Assembly: GCA_963776285.1 (NCBI GenBank)
Contig: CAVZLW010000006.1
Coordinates: forward strand, 38,188-102,187
Source: an uncultured Chloroflexia bacterium
GTDB taxonomy: Bacteria; Chloroflexota; Limnocylindria; Limnocylindrales; CSP1-4
Direction: 5' to 3'
Length of the DNA: 64,000 nt
The notes beneath the pieces were generated by a model. That model was not told where the DNA came from. It worked only from the letters and a program-made list of their open reading frames with translations, and ran no database searches. The position numbers and the translations under genes are program-made. Shown here one piece after another: positions 46,063 to 56,327 of this stretch. Numbering within the stretch: position 1 is the first letter of the stretch; each line of letters starts with the position of its first letter.

Positions 46063-47757
46063 ATGGACGAGCCACGACGCACCCTGGTCGACCTCCTCGT
46101 CGGGGCGGCGGCACGCTTCGGCGACCGGACCGCCCTGCGCCTGCGGCGCGACGACGGCTCGACCCAGGCATGGAGCTACCGGGAGCTGGACCGTCGCAGC
46201 CGGCTGGCTGCGTGGCGGCTCCGGTCCCGCGGGCTGCAGCCGGGAGACCGGCTGCTGACCTGGTCGCCCTCGTGCCCCGAGCTGGCGGCCGTCTACTTCG
46301 GCGCGATGCGAGCCGGCCTGATCCTCGTGCCCCTCGATCTGCGGATGGCGCCCGACGCGATCCGGCGCATCGCCGACCGCTCGGAGGCGCGCCTGCTGGT
46401 GATCGGGACCGGGCGCGAGGCGCCGGACCCGGCCGAGGCCGATCTCGACCACCTTCCGATCGCCACGACCGACGACCTGTGCGCCGATCCGGGCGCCGGC
46501 TTCCCCGCCGACTGGGAGGCGCGCGTCGCGGCCTGGACGCTGCCCGCGCGGGACGATGTCTACCTGCTCGTGTACACGTCGGGCACCACCGGCGTCCCGA
46601 AGGGCGTGATGCTCTCGCACGGCAACACGATCGCCGGCGTGGACGGCTTCCACCAGATCGTCCCGGACATCGAGTACCGGATCGTCTCGCTGCTGCCGAT
46701 GTCGCACCTGTTCGAGCAGGCGATCGGGCTCTACCTCACGCTCGACCTCGGCGCGGACATCCTGTACGTGCGGACGCTCAACCCGCGGGTCCTCCTCGAA
46801 GCGATGCGCGAGCATCGGATGACCGGCATGATCGTCGTCCCGCAGATCCTCGACCTGATGTGGAGCAACGTCGAGCGGGAGGTCGAGCGACAGGGCCGGA
46901 CCGCGACATTCCTGCGTGCCCGGGCCATCGCCCGGCGGCTGCCGATGGCGGCCCGGCGCCGCATCTTCAAGGGCAGCGTCCATGCGAGGTTCGGCGGCCA
47001 CCTGCGTCTCTTCGTGTCGGCCGGCGCCTTCCTCCCGCCGGCCCTGCAGCAGGCCTGGGAGGACATCGGCGTCGTCGTGATGCAGGGCTACGGCGCGACG
47101 GAGACGGGCTCGGGGGCGGCCACCACCTGGCGGGAGCACCCGCTCGGCACGGTGGGCCGGCCGATCCCGGGCGTCGAGATGCGGATCGCCGACGACGGCG
47201 AGGTTCAGTTCCGCGGCCCCACGGTCACCCGCGGATACTGGGAGGACCCCGGCGCGACGGCTGCCGCGTTCACCGAGGACGGCTTCTATCGCTCCGGCGA
47301 CCTCGGCCACCTCGACGCCAAGGGACGCCTCGTCCTCCACGGCCGGAAGAGGGACATGATCGTCCTGCCGAACGGCCTCAACGTCTTCCCGGAGGACATC
47401 GAGAACGCCCTGCGCGTCGCCGGCATCCGCGACTCGGTCGTCGTGGAGACGCAGCCGGGCCGGATCGAGGCGGTCGTCCTGGCGCCGGTGACCCAGGCGC
47501 GCATGCCGGCGGGCGGCACGGCCGTGGCGGAGACGGGCGCCTTCAATGGCGGAACGGACCTCGCGCTCGTCCGGGCGCAGGTCGATGCCGCGGTGAAGGC
47601 TGCGAATGCGACCCTGAGGGTGGAGTCCCGGGTCGGTGCCTGGCGCTTCTGGCCCGACGTCGACTTCCCACGGACGCACACCATGAAGGTGAAGCGCGAC
47701 CAGGTGCGCGCCTGGGCGACGGTCGCCGCGCCGCTCCCGGTGACCGAGGGCCCCTGA
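46063..47757 (+). CDS. AMP-dependent synthetase/ligase (acyl-CoA synthetase family)
   Basis: It has the AMP-binding motif YTSGTTGVPKGVMLSH, plus GYGATETG, YRSGDLG and a C-terminal K (…THTMKVKRD). The start is ATG 46063 or 46021. Confidence 0.85.
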   Translation: MDEPRRTLVDLLVGAAARFGDRTALRLRRDDGSTQAWSYRELDRRSRLAAWRLRSRGLQPGDRLLTWSPSCPELAAVYFGAMRAGLILVPLDLRMAPDAIRRIADRSEARLLVIGTGREAPDPAEADLDHLPIATTDDLCADPGAGFPADWEARVAAWTLPARDDVYLLVYTSGTTGVPKGVMLSHGNTIAGVDGFHQIVPDIEYRIVSLLPMSHLFEQAIGLYLTLDLGADILYVRTLNPRVLLEAMREHRMTGMIVVPQILDLMWSNVEREVERQGRTATFLRARAIARRLPMAARRRIFKGSVHARFGGHLRLFVSAGAFLPPALQQAWEDIGVVVMQGYGATETGSGAATTWREHPLGTVGRPIPGVEMRIADDGEVQFRGPTVTRGYWEDPGATAAAFTEDGFYRSGDLGHLDAKGRLVLHGRKRDMIVLPNGLNVFPEDIENALRVAGIRDSVVVETQPGRIEAVVLAPVTQARMPAGGTAVAETGAFNGGTDLALVRAQVDAAVKAANATLRVESRVGAWRFWPDVDFPRTHTMKVKRDQVRAWATVAAPLPVTEGP

Positions 47758-47820
47758 CACGCGGCGGTCCCCGGCGCATCCGGGAGCCCCTGCCGCGGCG
47801 CCGATCAGCCGTCCGCACGG

Positions 47821-48375
47821 TCAACCCCGGGGGATCGGCACCTCGGTGCCGACGCTGGCGACGGCCGCGGCGACATCCGCGGTGCGCGCGTCGGGCGACG
47901 ACCCGGGCGACCACGGGAAGAAGACGATCGTGGACCCCACCTGGCGCAGGACGAAACGCACGTCGGGCGGGTACTGCACGCGGCCCGGGCCGCTCGTCAC
48001 GAAGGCGGCCAGCTCCGTCGCCGCCGCGGCGGCGGCGGCCGTGTCGGGGAGCTCGTACACCACGACCAGCCCGCCGCCGGGGTCGTCCGGCAGGATGGCC
48101 CGGAACGCCGTCCGCGGCACGGCCGCCAGCGACCCCGGCTCGCCGGGACGGACGGCGATCCCGGTCGGCTGCAGCACGAGCCCGCGGGCGCGGAGGGCGC
48201 CATCGAGCTGCACCTGCGCCGAGGCGACGGCCGGCGAGATCGTCGGGCCGGGCGTGGGGCCGGACTCGGGGGGCGGGGTCGCGACAGCCCGGCACCCGAC
48301 CAGGACGAGCGCGACGAGGACCAGCGCGACGTCGACGCCGAGACGGCGTCCGGCGACCGCCGCGACACGCCTCAC
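47821..48375 (-). CDS. lipoprotein, hypothetical
   Basis: The GTG at 48375 overlaps the HIT stop (GTGA). The signal is VRRVAAVAGRRLGVDVALVLVALVLVGC (lipobox), followed by an AT-Pro linker and a small domain. The rest of ORF 47821..49590 upstream is junk. Confidence 0.6.
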   Translation of the reverse strand: MRRVAAVAGRRLGVDVALVLVALVLVGCRAVATPPPESGPTPGPTISPAVASAQVQLDGALRARGLVLQPTGIAVRPGEPGSLAAVPRTAFRAILPDDPGGGLVVVYELPDTAAAAAAATELAAFVTSGPGRVQYPPDVRFVLRQVGSTIVFFPWSPGSSPDARTADVAAAVASVGTEVPIPRG

Positions 48376-48719
48376 CCCGGGGGCCAGTCGAAGGCCCGTC
48401 CGCCCATCAGGTGGAGGTGCAGGTGGGGCACCGACTGGCCGCCCCACGCGCCCACGTTGGTGGTCAGGCGATAGCCGCGCTCGGCGATCCCCTCGGCCCG
48501 GGCCAGGGCTGCGGCCACCGCGAAGAGCCGGCCCAGCAGCGGCCCGTGCTCCTCGGTGAGGTCTGCGGCGGAGCCGAGGTGCTCCCGCGGCAGCACCAGG
48601 ATGTGGGTCGGAGCGCGGGGAGCGATGTCGCGGATGGCGATCACGAGCTCGTCGGCATGGACGGTCGTGGCCGCGATCTCGCCGGCGGCGATCCGGCAGA
48701 AGAGGCAGTCGGCGCTCAT
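48372..48719 (-). CDS. HIT family hydrolase
   Basis: It has the HxHxHxx motif HLHLHLMGG and a CLFCRI N-terminus. Confidence 0.85.
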   Translation of the reverse strand: MSADCLFCRIAAGEIAATTVHADELVIAIRDIAPRAPTHILVLPREHLGSAADLTEEHGPLLGRLFAVAAALARAEGIAERGYRLTTNVGAWGGQSVPHLHLHLMGGRAFDWPPG

Positions 48720-50188
48720 GCCGGCAAGCGTACGACGGGCAGCGCACGGGCGCGGGTGACTGGCCCGGAGACGAGCTCCTCGACGCGCCCGGCGACCCGC
48801 TCCGGGTCGGCCGGGTCGGGCCCGGCGATCGCCACGATGCCGATCTCGCCCTCCATGGACCGGACGTCGACGGCCGGGGTCCGGACGACCACGTAGTCCT
48901 CGGCGTGGCCGATCCAGCCGCCGGCCGGGTCGGACGCGTCGGCCGGCTCCTCGAAGAGGACGCGCCGACGTCCGCCGGTCGCCCTCGCGGCAAAGCGGAC
49001 CCGGGCGGCGGCCGCCTCCGCCAGCAGGACGGTGGCGCGGTGCTTCCGAGCCGCCTCCGCGACGTGGCCGTCCATGCGGGTCGCCGGCGTTCCCGGGCGC
49101 GGCGAGTACCGAAAGACGTGCAGGCCCGCCGGGTCGAGCTCACGGATGAAGGCGAGCGACCGGTCGAACGCCGCGTCGTCCTCGGTGGGGAAGCCGGCGA
49201 TGACGTCGGCGTGAATCGCGGCCCCCGGGATCGCCGCGCGCACCCGCTCGACGACGCGGCCGTACGCCGCCGTGTCGTAGCGCCGACCCATCCGCCGCAG
49301 CACGCCGTCGTCACCCGACTGGAGCGGCAGGTGGAAGTGGGGCAGGCAGCGCCCCGCGCCGGCCCCGGTCCACGTCGCCAGCAGCTCGTCGTCGACGTGC
49401 TGCGGCTCGATCGACGAGAGCCGGATCCGCTCCACCGGCGTCTCGGCGAGGATCCGGCGGACGAGGCCCGCCAGCGAGAGCGCGGGCCGGGCGTGGGCGC
49501 CCCGGAAGCCGCGCTCGGACCAGCCGCCGTCGTACGTCCCGATGTTGATCCCCGTGAGCACGATCTCGCGATGGCCGGCGGCCAGCGCACGGCGGACGTC
49601 GGTCAGCACCGCTCCAGGGGTCAGCGAGCGCTCCGGGCCGCGGGCCCGCGGGATGATGCAGTAGGTGCAGAAGAAGCTGCAGCCGTCCTGCACCTTGACG
49701 TAGGCCCTCGTGCGATCGATCCGGGCCCGCTCGTCGGCGATCCCGGCGACCTCGACGCCGGCGAGCGTCGGGAGCGCGGCGCCAAGCGATCCACGTGGCG
49801 CTCCCGAGCCGTCGTCCGCCGGCCCGACGAGGGCCTCGAGCTGGGCCAGGAGCCGGTCCTTCCCTTCGTTCCCGATCAGGCGCGCGGCCGGGTCCACCGC
49901 GGCGAACGGGGCGGGGTCGACCTGGACCGAGCATCCCGTGACCACGAGCGTGGCCCCCGGGCTGGCGCGCCGCGCCCGGCGCACGGCCTTGCGCGACTTG
50001 TCGTCCGCGACGGTCGTCACGGTGCAGGTGTTGACGACGTGGAGGTCGGCGGTGGCCCCGCCACCGACGAGCTGGACGCCGCGGGCCCGCAGGAGTCGCT
50101 CCACGGCGTCCATCTCGGACTGGTTCACCTTGCACCCCAGGTTGGTGATGGAGGCGCGGAGGACGGGTCCTGCCGGGCGTGGCGTCAT
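48716..50188 (-). CDS. mtaB: tRNA methylthiotransferase, MiaB-like radical SAM (MtaB/RimO family)
   Basis: It has MTTase N-domain cysteines (NLGCKVN…NTCTV…TGC) and a radical-SAM CSFFCTYC motif. Confidence 0.9.
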   Translation of the reverse strand: MTPRPAGPVLRASITNLGCKVNQSEMDAVERLLRARGVQLVGGGATADLHVVNTCTVTTVADDKSRKAVRRARRASPGATLVVTGCSVQVDPAPFAAVDPAARLIGNEGKDRLLAQLEALVGPADDGSGAPRGSLGAALPTLAGVEVAGIADERARIDRTRAYVKVQDGCSFFCTYCIIPRARGPERSLTPGAVLTDVRRALAAGHREIVLTGINIGTYDGGWSERGFRGAHARPALSLAGLVRRILAETPVERIRLSSIEPQHVDDELLATWTGAGAGRCLPHFHLPLQSGDDGVLRRMGRRYDTAAYGRVVERVRAAIPGAAIHADVIAGFPTEDDAAFDRSLAFIRELDPAGLHVFRYSPRPGTPATRMDGHVAEAARKHRATVLLAEAAAARVRFAARATGGRRRVLFEEPADASDPAGGWIGHAEDYVVVRTPAVDVRSMEGEIGIVAIAGPDPADPERVAGRVEELVSGPVTRARALPVVRLPA

Positions 50189-50454
50189 GGCCTCACCAGG
50201 GCGCCTGATTCGCGGACATCAGCAACCCAGGGAGGCCGACGGCGCTCGTGATCGCGTCGCCCGACGTGGTGCCGGCGGCAGGCCCGGGCTCCGACGCCCT
50301 GCGCGCGCGCTCCATGGAGCGGCCGCCCAGGCTGAACGGCAGGCGCCGGCTGGGCACGAAGGGCGGGATCGCCAGCGTCACGTGGGGCGCGAGGTTCGGC
50401 ATCGGTCCGGCGAGATGCTAGCGCAGGGGCGGGAGCTCCGCGGCGCGATCTTCG

Positions 50455-51441
50455 TCACGCCCGCGTGGCTTCCAGGGCCACCCACTCGCCCTCGACGTCG
50501 CCGCGCAGGACGCGCAGGCCGGCCTGCGCGAGGGCGGCCCGCACGCCGGCCTCGCGGTCGACGAAGATGCCCGAGGCGAGAAGCCGCCCGCCCGGAGCCA
50601 GCTCGCGCGCCAGGTCGCCGGCCAGGGCCACGAGGAGGGATGCGATCAGGTTCGCCACGACGAGGTCGAACGGGCGCGCTCCCGAGGGGAGCGACCCGAG
50701 GCGCGCCCCGAGCCGGCGCGCCACCCGGTTGCGGCGGGCGTTGGCGCGCGTCGCCTCCACCGCGAGCGGGTCGGTGTCCACGCCGACGAGCTCGCCGGCA
50801 CCGAGCAGGCCCGCCGCGATCGCCAGGATCCCCGACCCGCACCCGACGTCCAGCAGGCGAGCGCTCCCGTCGCGGGACCGGCCGTGCGCAAGCAGCCCTG
50901 CGTCGGCCCAGCGCTCGATGCCCGCGAGGCAGAGTCGCGTCGTCGGGTGGAGGCCGGTGCCGAAGGCCATCCCGGGGTCCATCGCGATCACCACGTCGCC
51001 GGGGCGCCGCCGGTGGCGCCGCCACGTGGGTCGGATGACGGTCCGCCGGCCGATGCGCATCACGCCGACGTGGCGCCTCCAGGCCGACGCCCAGTCCGAT
51101 TCGTGCACGACCCGGGTCGCGAGCTCGCCGATCCCCCGGAGCTCGAACGCCTGGAGGTGCCCGAGGGCCCGGTCCACCTCGTCGGTGGCACGCCGGACCG
51201 CGCCGGCGTCGCGGGCCGGCAGGTACGCCCGCACGGTGGCCGGGGCCTCCGGGTCGACAGCCGCGCCCAATCCCTCGTCGACGAGGGTGAACCCCGGCTC
51301 CACGCTGACCCCGCCGGGAGCGACCCGCGAGAGGATCTCGCTGACGGCCTCGACGGCCTCCAGGTCGCACGAGACGGACAGCTCGAGCCAGGCATCCTCG
51401 CCCACCAGCCCGTCGGCCGCCGGGTCCGGCCCGGCGCTCAT
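50455..51441 (-). CDS. prmA: ribosomal protein L11 methyltransferase
   Basis: It has the SAM-binding motif [16 protein letters not shown] and an N-terminal PrmA domain. It is downstream of dnaJ, as in Firmicutes. Confidence 0.9.
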   Translation of the reverse strand: MSAGPDPAADGLVGEDAWLELSVSCDLEAVEAVSEILSRVAPGGVSVEPGFTLVDEGLGAAVDPEAPATVRAYLPARDAGAVRRATDEVDRALGHLQAFELRGIGELATRVVHESDWASAWRRHVGVMRIGRRTVIRPTWRRHRRRPGDVVIAMDPGMAFGTGLHPTTRLCLAGIERWADAGLLAHGRSRDGSARLLDVGCGSGILAIAAGLLGAGELVGVDTDPLAVEATRANARRNRVARRLGARLGSLPSGARPFDLVVANLIASLLVALAGDLARELAPGGRLLASGIFVDREAGVRAALAQAGLRVLRGDVEGEWVALEATRA

Positions 51442-52568
51442 CCCAGGGCGTCCTTGATCCGGTCCAGGACGCCGCCCTTGCCCGTCCCGACATTGGTCTC
51501 ACCGGACGCCGCCGCGTAGGCCTCGAGCGCCTCGCGCTGCTCCCTGGAGAGCTTGGTCGGGATCGTCACGTCGACGAGGACGTGGAGGTCGCCGCGCGCC
51601 CCGGCGCGGCGAAGGTGGGGCGCCCCCCGGCCCCGGAGCCGGATCTCGGTGCCCGGCTGCGTGCCGGGCTTGACCTCGAGGTCCTCCTCGCCGTCGGCCG
51701 TCGGCACGCGGACGACCGTCCCGAGCGCCGCCTGCGCGATCGAGAGGTCCAGCTCGTGGTAGAGCTCGGTCCCCTCGCGACGCAGGCGAGGGTGCGCGGC
51801 GACGTGGATCGCGACGTAGAGGCTGCCCGGCGGTCCGCCGCGGGGTCCCACCTCCCCCTCCGACGAGAGCCGGATCTGGTGGCCGTCGTCGATCCCTGCG
51901 GGAACCGAGACGCGGAGCCGCTTCGAGCGCTGCTTGCGGCCGTCGCCGCCGCAGTCCTCGCAGGGCGACTCGACGACCTTCCCCTCCCCGCGGCACCGCG
52001 GGCAGGTCACGACGTTGACCATCTGGCCGAGCATCGTCTGCCGCGCGTGGCGGATCTCTCCACGCCCGCTGCACTGGGGACAGGTCTGGGCCCCGGTGCC
52101 GGCCCGGGCGCCCGACCCCGAGCAGGTCGGGCAGCGGTCCAGGACGGGGAACTCGATCTCCTTCTCCGTGCCCCGGATCGACTCCTCGAACGTGATCCGG
52201 AGGTCGTAGCGGAGATCGGAGCCGACCGCCGGGCGGCCGCGCCGGACGCCTCCGCCGGCGGCAGTCCCGCCGAAGAAGGCGTCGAACAGGTCGGAGAAGC
52301 CGCCGAACCCGGCGCCCGCGGACGGATCGAAGCCACCGGCGCCGCCGATGCCCGCCTGTCCGAACATGTCGTAGGCCTGGCGGCGCTGCGGGTCCGACAG
52401 GACCTGGTAGGCCTCGTTGATCTCCTTGAACCGCTCGTCGGCGTCGGCGTCCCGGTTCACGTCCGGGTGCCACTGCTGGGCCAGCTTGCGGAAAGCCTTC
52501 TTGATGTCGGCGTCACTCGCCCCGCGTTCGACGCCGAGGATGTCGTAGTAGTCGCGTTGCGTGGTCAT
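51438..52568 (-). CDS. dnaJ: molecular chaperone DnaJ
   Basis: It has a J-domain (DYYDILGV…HPD), a G/F region and four CxxCxGxG zinc-finger repeats. Confidence 0.97.
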   Translation of the reverse strand: MTTQRDYYDILGVERGASDADIKKAFRKLAQQWHPDVNRDADADERFKEINEAYQVLSDPQRRQAYDMFGQAGIGGAGGFDPSAGAGFGGFSDLFDAFFGGTAAGGGVRRGRPAVGSDLRYDLRITFEESIRGTEKEIEFPVLDRCPTCSGSGARAGTGAQTCPQCSGRGEIRHARQTMLGQMVNVVTCPRCRGEGKVVESPCEDCGGDGRKQRSKRLRVSVPAGIDDGHQIRLSSEGEVGPRGGPPGSLYVAIHVAAHPRLRREGTELYHELDLSIAQAALGTVVRVPTADGEEDLEVKPGTQPGTEIRLRGRGAPHLRRAGARGDLHVLVDVTIPTKLSREQREALEAYAAASGETNVGTGKGGVLDRIKDALG

Positions 52569-52648
52569 GTGCGACGCGAAGTCTACGGTGAGCGGCCCGG
52601 ACGGTCAGAGCGGGTCGCACGGCACTCGACGGAACCGGCCCGGCGGGG

Positions 52649-53707
52649 TTGGATGGACGGGTGAATCGTGGCGCCGCCGACCTGCCCGCGCTCCGCCGCC
52701 TCGCCCTGATCCGGCTCGAGGGGCGGCGGGCCGACGACCGCGAGGTGCGGGCGCTGGAGGGGGCCCTGGACGTCGACCCGTGGGTCACCCCGCTCCTGGC
52801 GGGTGCCGTCCGCGTGGACGCGGCCGGCGACCGGGTCCCGGTCCACCCGTACCAGAAGTGGCGCGGCGCCCACTGGCGCCTGGTGGCGCTCGCCGAGCTG
52901 GAGATCGGCTGCGACGTCGCGGCGGCGGCCCCACCCATCCGGGCCGCCTTCGGAGCCGTGGTGGAGTGGCTGGAGGCGCCCGGGCGGCTGGCGCGGGCAC
53001 ACCCCGTCGCAGGGCGCGCCCGCATGTGCGGCAGCCAGGACGGGAACGCCCTGTGGGCGGCCTGCCGGCTCGGGCTCGCCGCGGACCCGGCGACCGCGCG
53101 GATGGCGGCGCGGCTCGTCGCCTGGCAGTGGCCCGACGGCGGATGGAACTGCGACCCGCGTCCCGACGCCACCCACGCCTCCCTCCACGAGACCTGGACC
53201 CCGCTCCGCGGGCTCGCCGCGTACGCCGAGGTGGGATCCGAGCCGGCGCTGCGCGACGCCTGCAGGGCCGCGGCCGCCGCCGCCGCCGACTTCCTCCTGC
53301 GGCACCGTCTCGTCGAGCACCACCGCGACGGCGACGTCATCGATCCCTCGTTCCTGCGCCTCCGATGGCCGCCCTACTGGCACTACGACCTGCTGGCAGG
53401 GCTCGGGGCCCTCCGGGAGGCGGGGGCCGCGTACCTCCTCGACCCACGAGCCGGGCCGGCGCTGGCACGGCTCGACCGGATGCGCGGCGGCGACGGGCGC
53501 TGGCATCCCGCCGGGCGGTGGTGGCATCCACCCGCATCGCAGGGTTCGAACGTCGAGCTCGTTGACTGGGGCGCCGAGGGCGAGGCCGCGATGCTCACGC
53601 TCGGGGCGCTCGCGATCTGCTCGGCCACCGACCGGGCGTCGGGCGACGTCGAGCCGCACCGGGCGGCCCGGCGCGGGGTCGACGCGGTGGAGCCTTCGCG
53701 AGGCTAG
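52649..53707 (+). CDS. hypothetical protein with prenyltransferase/terpene-cyclase-like QxxDGGW repeats
   Basis: ORF 52649..53707 has diverse composition. WQWPDGGWNC and GGDGRWHPAGRWW resemble alpha/alpha-toroid repeat motifs. Its 3' end overlaps the convergent REC-MinD gene by 4 nt. Confidence 0.5.
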   Translation: MDGRVNRGAADLPALRRLALIRLEGRRADDREVRALEGALDVDPWVTPLLAGAVRVDAAGDRVPVHPYQKWRGAHWRLVALAELEIGCDVAAAAPPIRAAFGAVVEWLEAPGRLARAHPVAGRARMCGSQDGNALWAACRLGLAADPATARMAARLVAWQWPDGGWNCDPRPDATHASLHETWTPLRGLAAYAEVGSEPALRDACRAAAAAAADFLLRHRLVEHHRDGDVIDPSFLRLRWPPYWHYDLLAGLGALREAGAAYLLDPRAGPALARLDRMRGGDGRWHPAGRWWHPPASQGSNVELVDWGAEGEAAMLTLGALAICSATDRASGDVEPHRAARRGVDAVEPSRG

Positions 53708-55224
53708 ACGGCGGCGCGCTGGCGGCCGCGAGCGCGGGAACGCACCCGCACGGGGAGGCGCGACGGTGTCGCGCCGACGATCGCCGCCATCGCCCCGGCC
53801 AGCGCCAGCAGGTCCTGGCTGACCCGCGCCTCCGGGTGGGTCACCACGAACGGGACGCCCTCCTGGTTCGACGCGGAGACCAGCTGCCAGTCGGATGCGA
53901 TCAGGTGGTCGGGCTCGCGGCCCAGCGCGCGCCGCAGCTGGTCGGGCCGCAGGCCGCCCATGGCGTCGGCACGGTTGATGACGGTCCGGACCTTCGCCGG
54001 CGGGTAGCCGATGGCGGCGAACGCCACCGCCGCAGCCCGGGTGCTGTCGAGGGCGGCCGGCTCGGGGGTGAGGACCTGGAGGATGATGTCGGCCATGTCG
54101 AGGGCCGTCAGCGTCGTGTCGTTGAGGGCGCTCGGCGTGTCCACGACCACCGCCTGGTAGGTCCTCCGCAGGAGGTCGAGGATCTTGTCGAGGTCGCGCG
54201 CGGTGACCATGTCGGCCATCTCGAGCCGCGGCGGAGCGAACAGGATGTCGACCCCCGCCGGTCCCCGGCGCATCGACGCGACGAGGTCGGAGGATCGAAC
54301 GCAGTCGGTGGGCAGATCGCAGATGGACGGCTCGCCGGCATCGACGTGCAGGAGCCGCCGCAGGTCGCCGTACTGCAGGCTGCCGTCGACCAGGGCGGTC
54401 CGGACGCCCGCCGCGGCGAGGCAGACCGCAAGGTTCAGGGCCAGGGTCGTCTTGCCGACGCCACCCTTGGCCGCATAGACCGCGATCATGCGCGTCGCGC
54501 TCGAAGGGTCCCTGCTGGCGCGGATCTCGTGCGCGTCGCGGATGCCCCGCGCGAGGTCGATCGTTCCGAAGGGCAGGGCCACGACCGCGTCGGCGCTGGC
54601 CCGCGTGCGCTCCGCGAGGTCGGCGTCGGCCGGCACACCGAGGGCGACGACGGCCGCTCCCGGCAGCGTGGCGCGGATCCGCTCGAGCACCTCGAGGCCG
54701 GACATGCGCCCCTGCAGGAGCGCGTCGACGAGCACCACGTCGGCCCGCAGCTCGCGCACCTCGTGGGCCGCCTGGCGCCCGTCGGCGACCACCTCGACGA
54801 GGCGCAGCGACGCCTGCCCGCGGAGCATCTCCCGGACGTGGGCCGCCACCTCCGGCACCTCCTCCACGAGCACCAGCCGCAACGGGCGCTCGACGTCCTC
54901 CGGCGCCAGGCTCGGCTCGTCGGGCAGGAGCCCGGGAGGGGTCGCCGGCGTCGCGCGTCGCGTGCCTCGCGCCGGCCTCGCGGCCCGGGCCACCGGCCCC
55001 GCCTGCTGGCGGACCGGGGTCGGCCGCAGCGGCAGCGGGACGGGCTCGTCCGCCGGGCGCGGCTCCACCTGGCCGGCCTCCGCCCCCCCGTCGAGGAGGA
55101 GGAGCCCGGGCTCCATGGCGGCATCCGTGGTGTGGGTCGCGGTGACGGCGGCGGAATCGCTCGCGGTGGGGCTCGATCCCGGCGTGCGGCCGGGCAGATG
55201 CAGGCGAGAGCGGAACAGGGACAT
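53704..55224 (-). CDS. receiver-domain–MinD/ParA-family ATPase (CpaE/TadZ-like architecture)
   Basis: The N-terminus of about 110 aa is disordered and Pro-rich. This is followed by a REC-like segment (LRLVLVEEVPEVAAHVREML…VVLVDALL) and a deviant Walker A motif AAKGGVGKTT. No other pilus or tad genes are nearby. Confidence 0.7.
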   Translation of the reverse strand: MSLFRSRLHLPGRTPGSSPTASDSAAVTATHTTDAAMEPGLLLLDGGAEAGQVEPRPADEPVPLPLRPTPVRQQAGPVARAARPARGTRRATPATPPGLLPDEPSLAPEDVERPLRLVLVEEVPEVAAHVREMLRGQASLRLVEVVADGRQAAHEVRELRADVVLVDALLQGRMSGLEVLERIRATLPGAAVVALGVPADADLAERTRASADAVVALPFGTIDLARGIRDAHEIRASRDPSSATRMIAVYAAKGGVGKTTLALNLAVCLAAAGVRTALVDGSLQYGDLRRLLHVDAGEPSICDLPTDCVRSSDLVASMRRGPAGVDILFAPPRLEMADMVTARDLDKILDLLRRTYQAVVVDTPSALNDTTLTALDMADIILQVLTPEPAALDSTRAAAVAFAAIGYPPAKVRTVINRADAMGGLRPDQLRRALGREPDHLIASDWQLVSASNQEGVPFVVTHPEARVSQDLLALAGAMAAIVGATPSRLPVRVRSRARGRQRAAV

Positions 55225-55396
55225 GGCGATCTCCCGTGCCTAGGCACAGACCGTGGCGCCCCCGTGGCGCCGGCGCAACGCCTACGGTGGTACCGGTGGG
55301 TCGCGGCGGTGGTCCGGTCGGCGCGCACGCAGCTGTGCGATCGCAACAGGGCCGCCGGTCGGACCATGCGCCCGGGAGATGCCTCCCTCGGGCCCG

Positions 55397-56242
55397 TCAG
55401 TCGGCCGCGACCTCGTGGCTGCTCGCGGCGAGGGCGGCGCCCACGATCCCCGACGTGTTGAGGTAGCGCGCCGTCACGAGCGGGGCGCGCGACTTCAGCC
55501 ACCGGGAGTACTTGGAGTACTCCTTGCTGACGCCGCCCCCGAGGATGATGAGGTCCGGCCAGAACCATGCCTCCAGCAGCGCCAGGTACTCGCTGAACTC
55601 GCCCGCCCAGCGCCGCCAGCCGACCGCCCGGCGCTCCCGGGCGGCGCCGGAGACGAGGGTCTCCGCTTCCTTCCCGCGATAGGTGACATGGCCGAACTCC
55701 GTCGAGTCCAGCAGCTTCCCGTCCACCAGCAGGGCACTCCCGATCCCGGTCCCGATCGTCAGCAGCAGGACCGTCCCGAGCACGCCCTTCGCGGCGCCGA
55801 ACGCGACCTCTGCGAGCCCGGCGGCGTCCGCGTCGTTGATGAGACGGACCGGTCGGCCGAGGCGAGTCTCGAGCGACTCCTCGGCCGGGAAATCGATCCA
55901 GGCCTTGTCGATGTTGGCCGCCGTGACCAGCCGCCCACGCTTGACGACGCCGGGAAGGCCCGCGCCGGCCGGCATCGAGGCGTCGAGATGTCCGTCGGCG
56001 GCCAGCCGATCGAGGATCCGCCCGATCGTCTCGAGGACCGCCTCGGGCGTCGCCGGCTGGGGCGTCCTCTCGCGGATGCGGGGCGAGACGAGCTCGCCGG
56101 TCTCGAGATCGACGACCGCCGCCTTGACCCCGGTGCCCCCGACGTCGACGCCGATCGCACGGCGGTGGGCATCCGCGGGGGCGTCGGTCGGGCGACCGGC
56201 GAGGCTGGGCCCGGGTGTCGATGGGGCGTCGGACTCGCTCAT
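55397..56242 (-). CDS. ROK family sugar kinase (polyphosphate/ATP glucokinase-like)
   Basis: It has IGVDVGGTGVKAAVVD (ROK N-terminal ATPase motif) and …LTIGTGIGSALL…. Its 281-aa length fits PpgK-type glucokinases. Confidence 0.8.
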   Translation of the reverse strand: MSESDAPSTPGPSLAGRPTDAPADAHRRAIGVDVGGTGVKAAVVDLETGELVSPRIRERTPQPATPEAVLETIGRILDRLAADGHLDASMPAGAGLPGVVKRGRLVTAANIDKAWIDFPAEESLETRLGRPVRLINDADAAGLAEVAFGAAKGVLGTVLLLTIGTGIGSALLVDGKLLDSTEFGHVTYRGKEAETLVSGAARERRAVGWRRWAGEFSEYLALLEAWFWPDLIILGGGVSKEYSKYSRWLKSRAPLVTARYLNTSGIVGAALAASSHEVAAD

Positions 56243-56327
56243 GCCCGGCAGGATAGCGCCCTCGCGCTCGCGCCGGCGGATCTCGGGGGGGGGGCGCCGC
56301 GCGTCGTCGCCCGGCGCGCGGCGGAGC

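Noticed and set aside
50193-50402. 69-aa ORF between mtaB and prmA
   Set aside because: It has no recognisable features, is Pro/Ser/Gly-rich, and sits in a spacer where Firmicutes carry rsmE. It is more likely non-coding remnant sequence.
52569-52648. CIRCE (HrcA operator) upstream of dnaJ
   Set aside because: Only a partial resemblance (gcacggcactcgac) to TTAGCACTC-N9-GAGTGCTAA. It is not a convincing inverted repeat. The hrcA promoter region itself lies outside the window.
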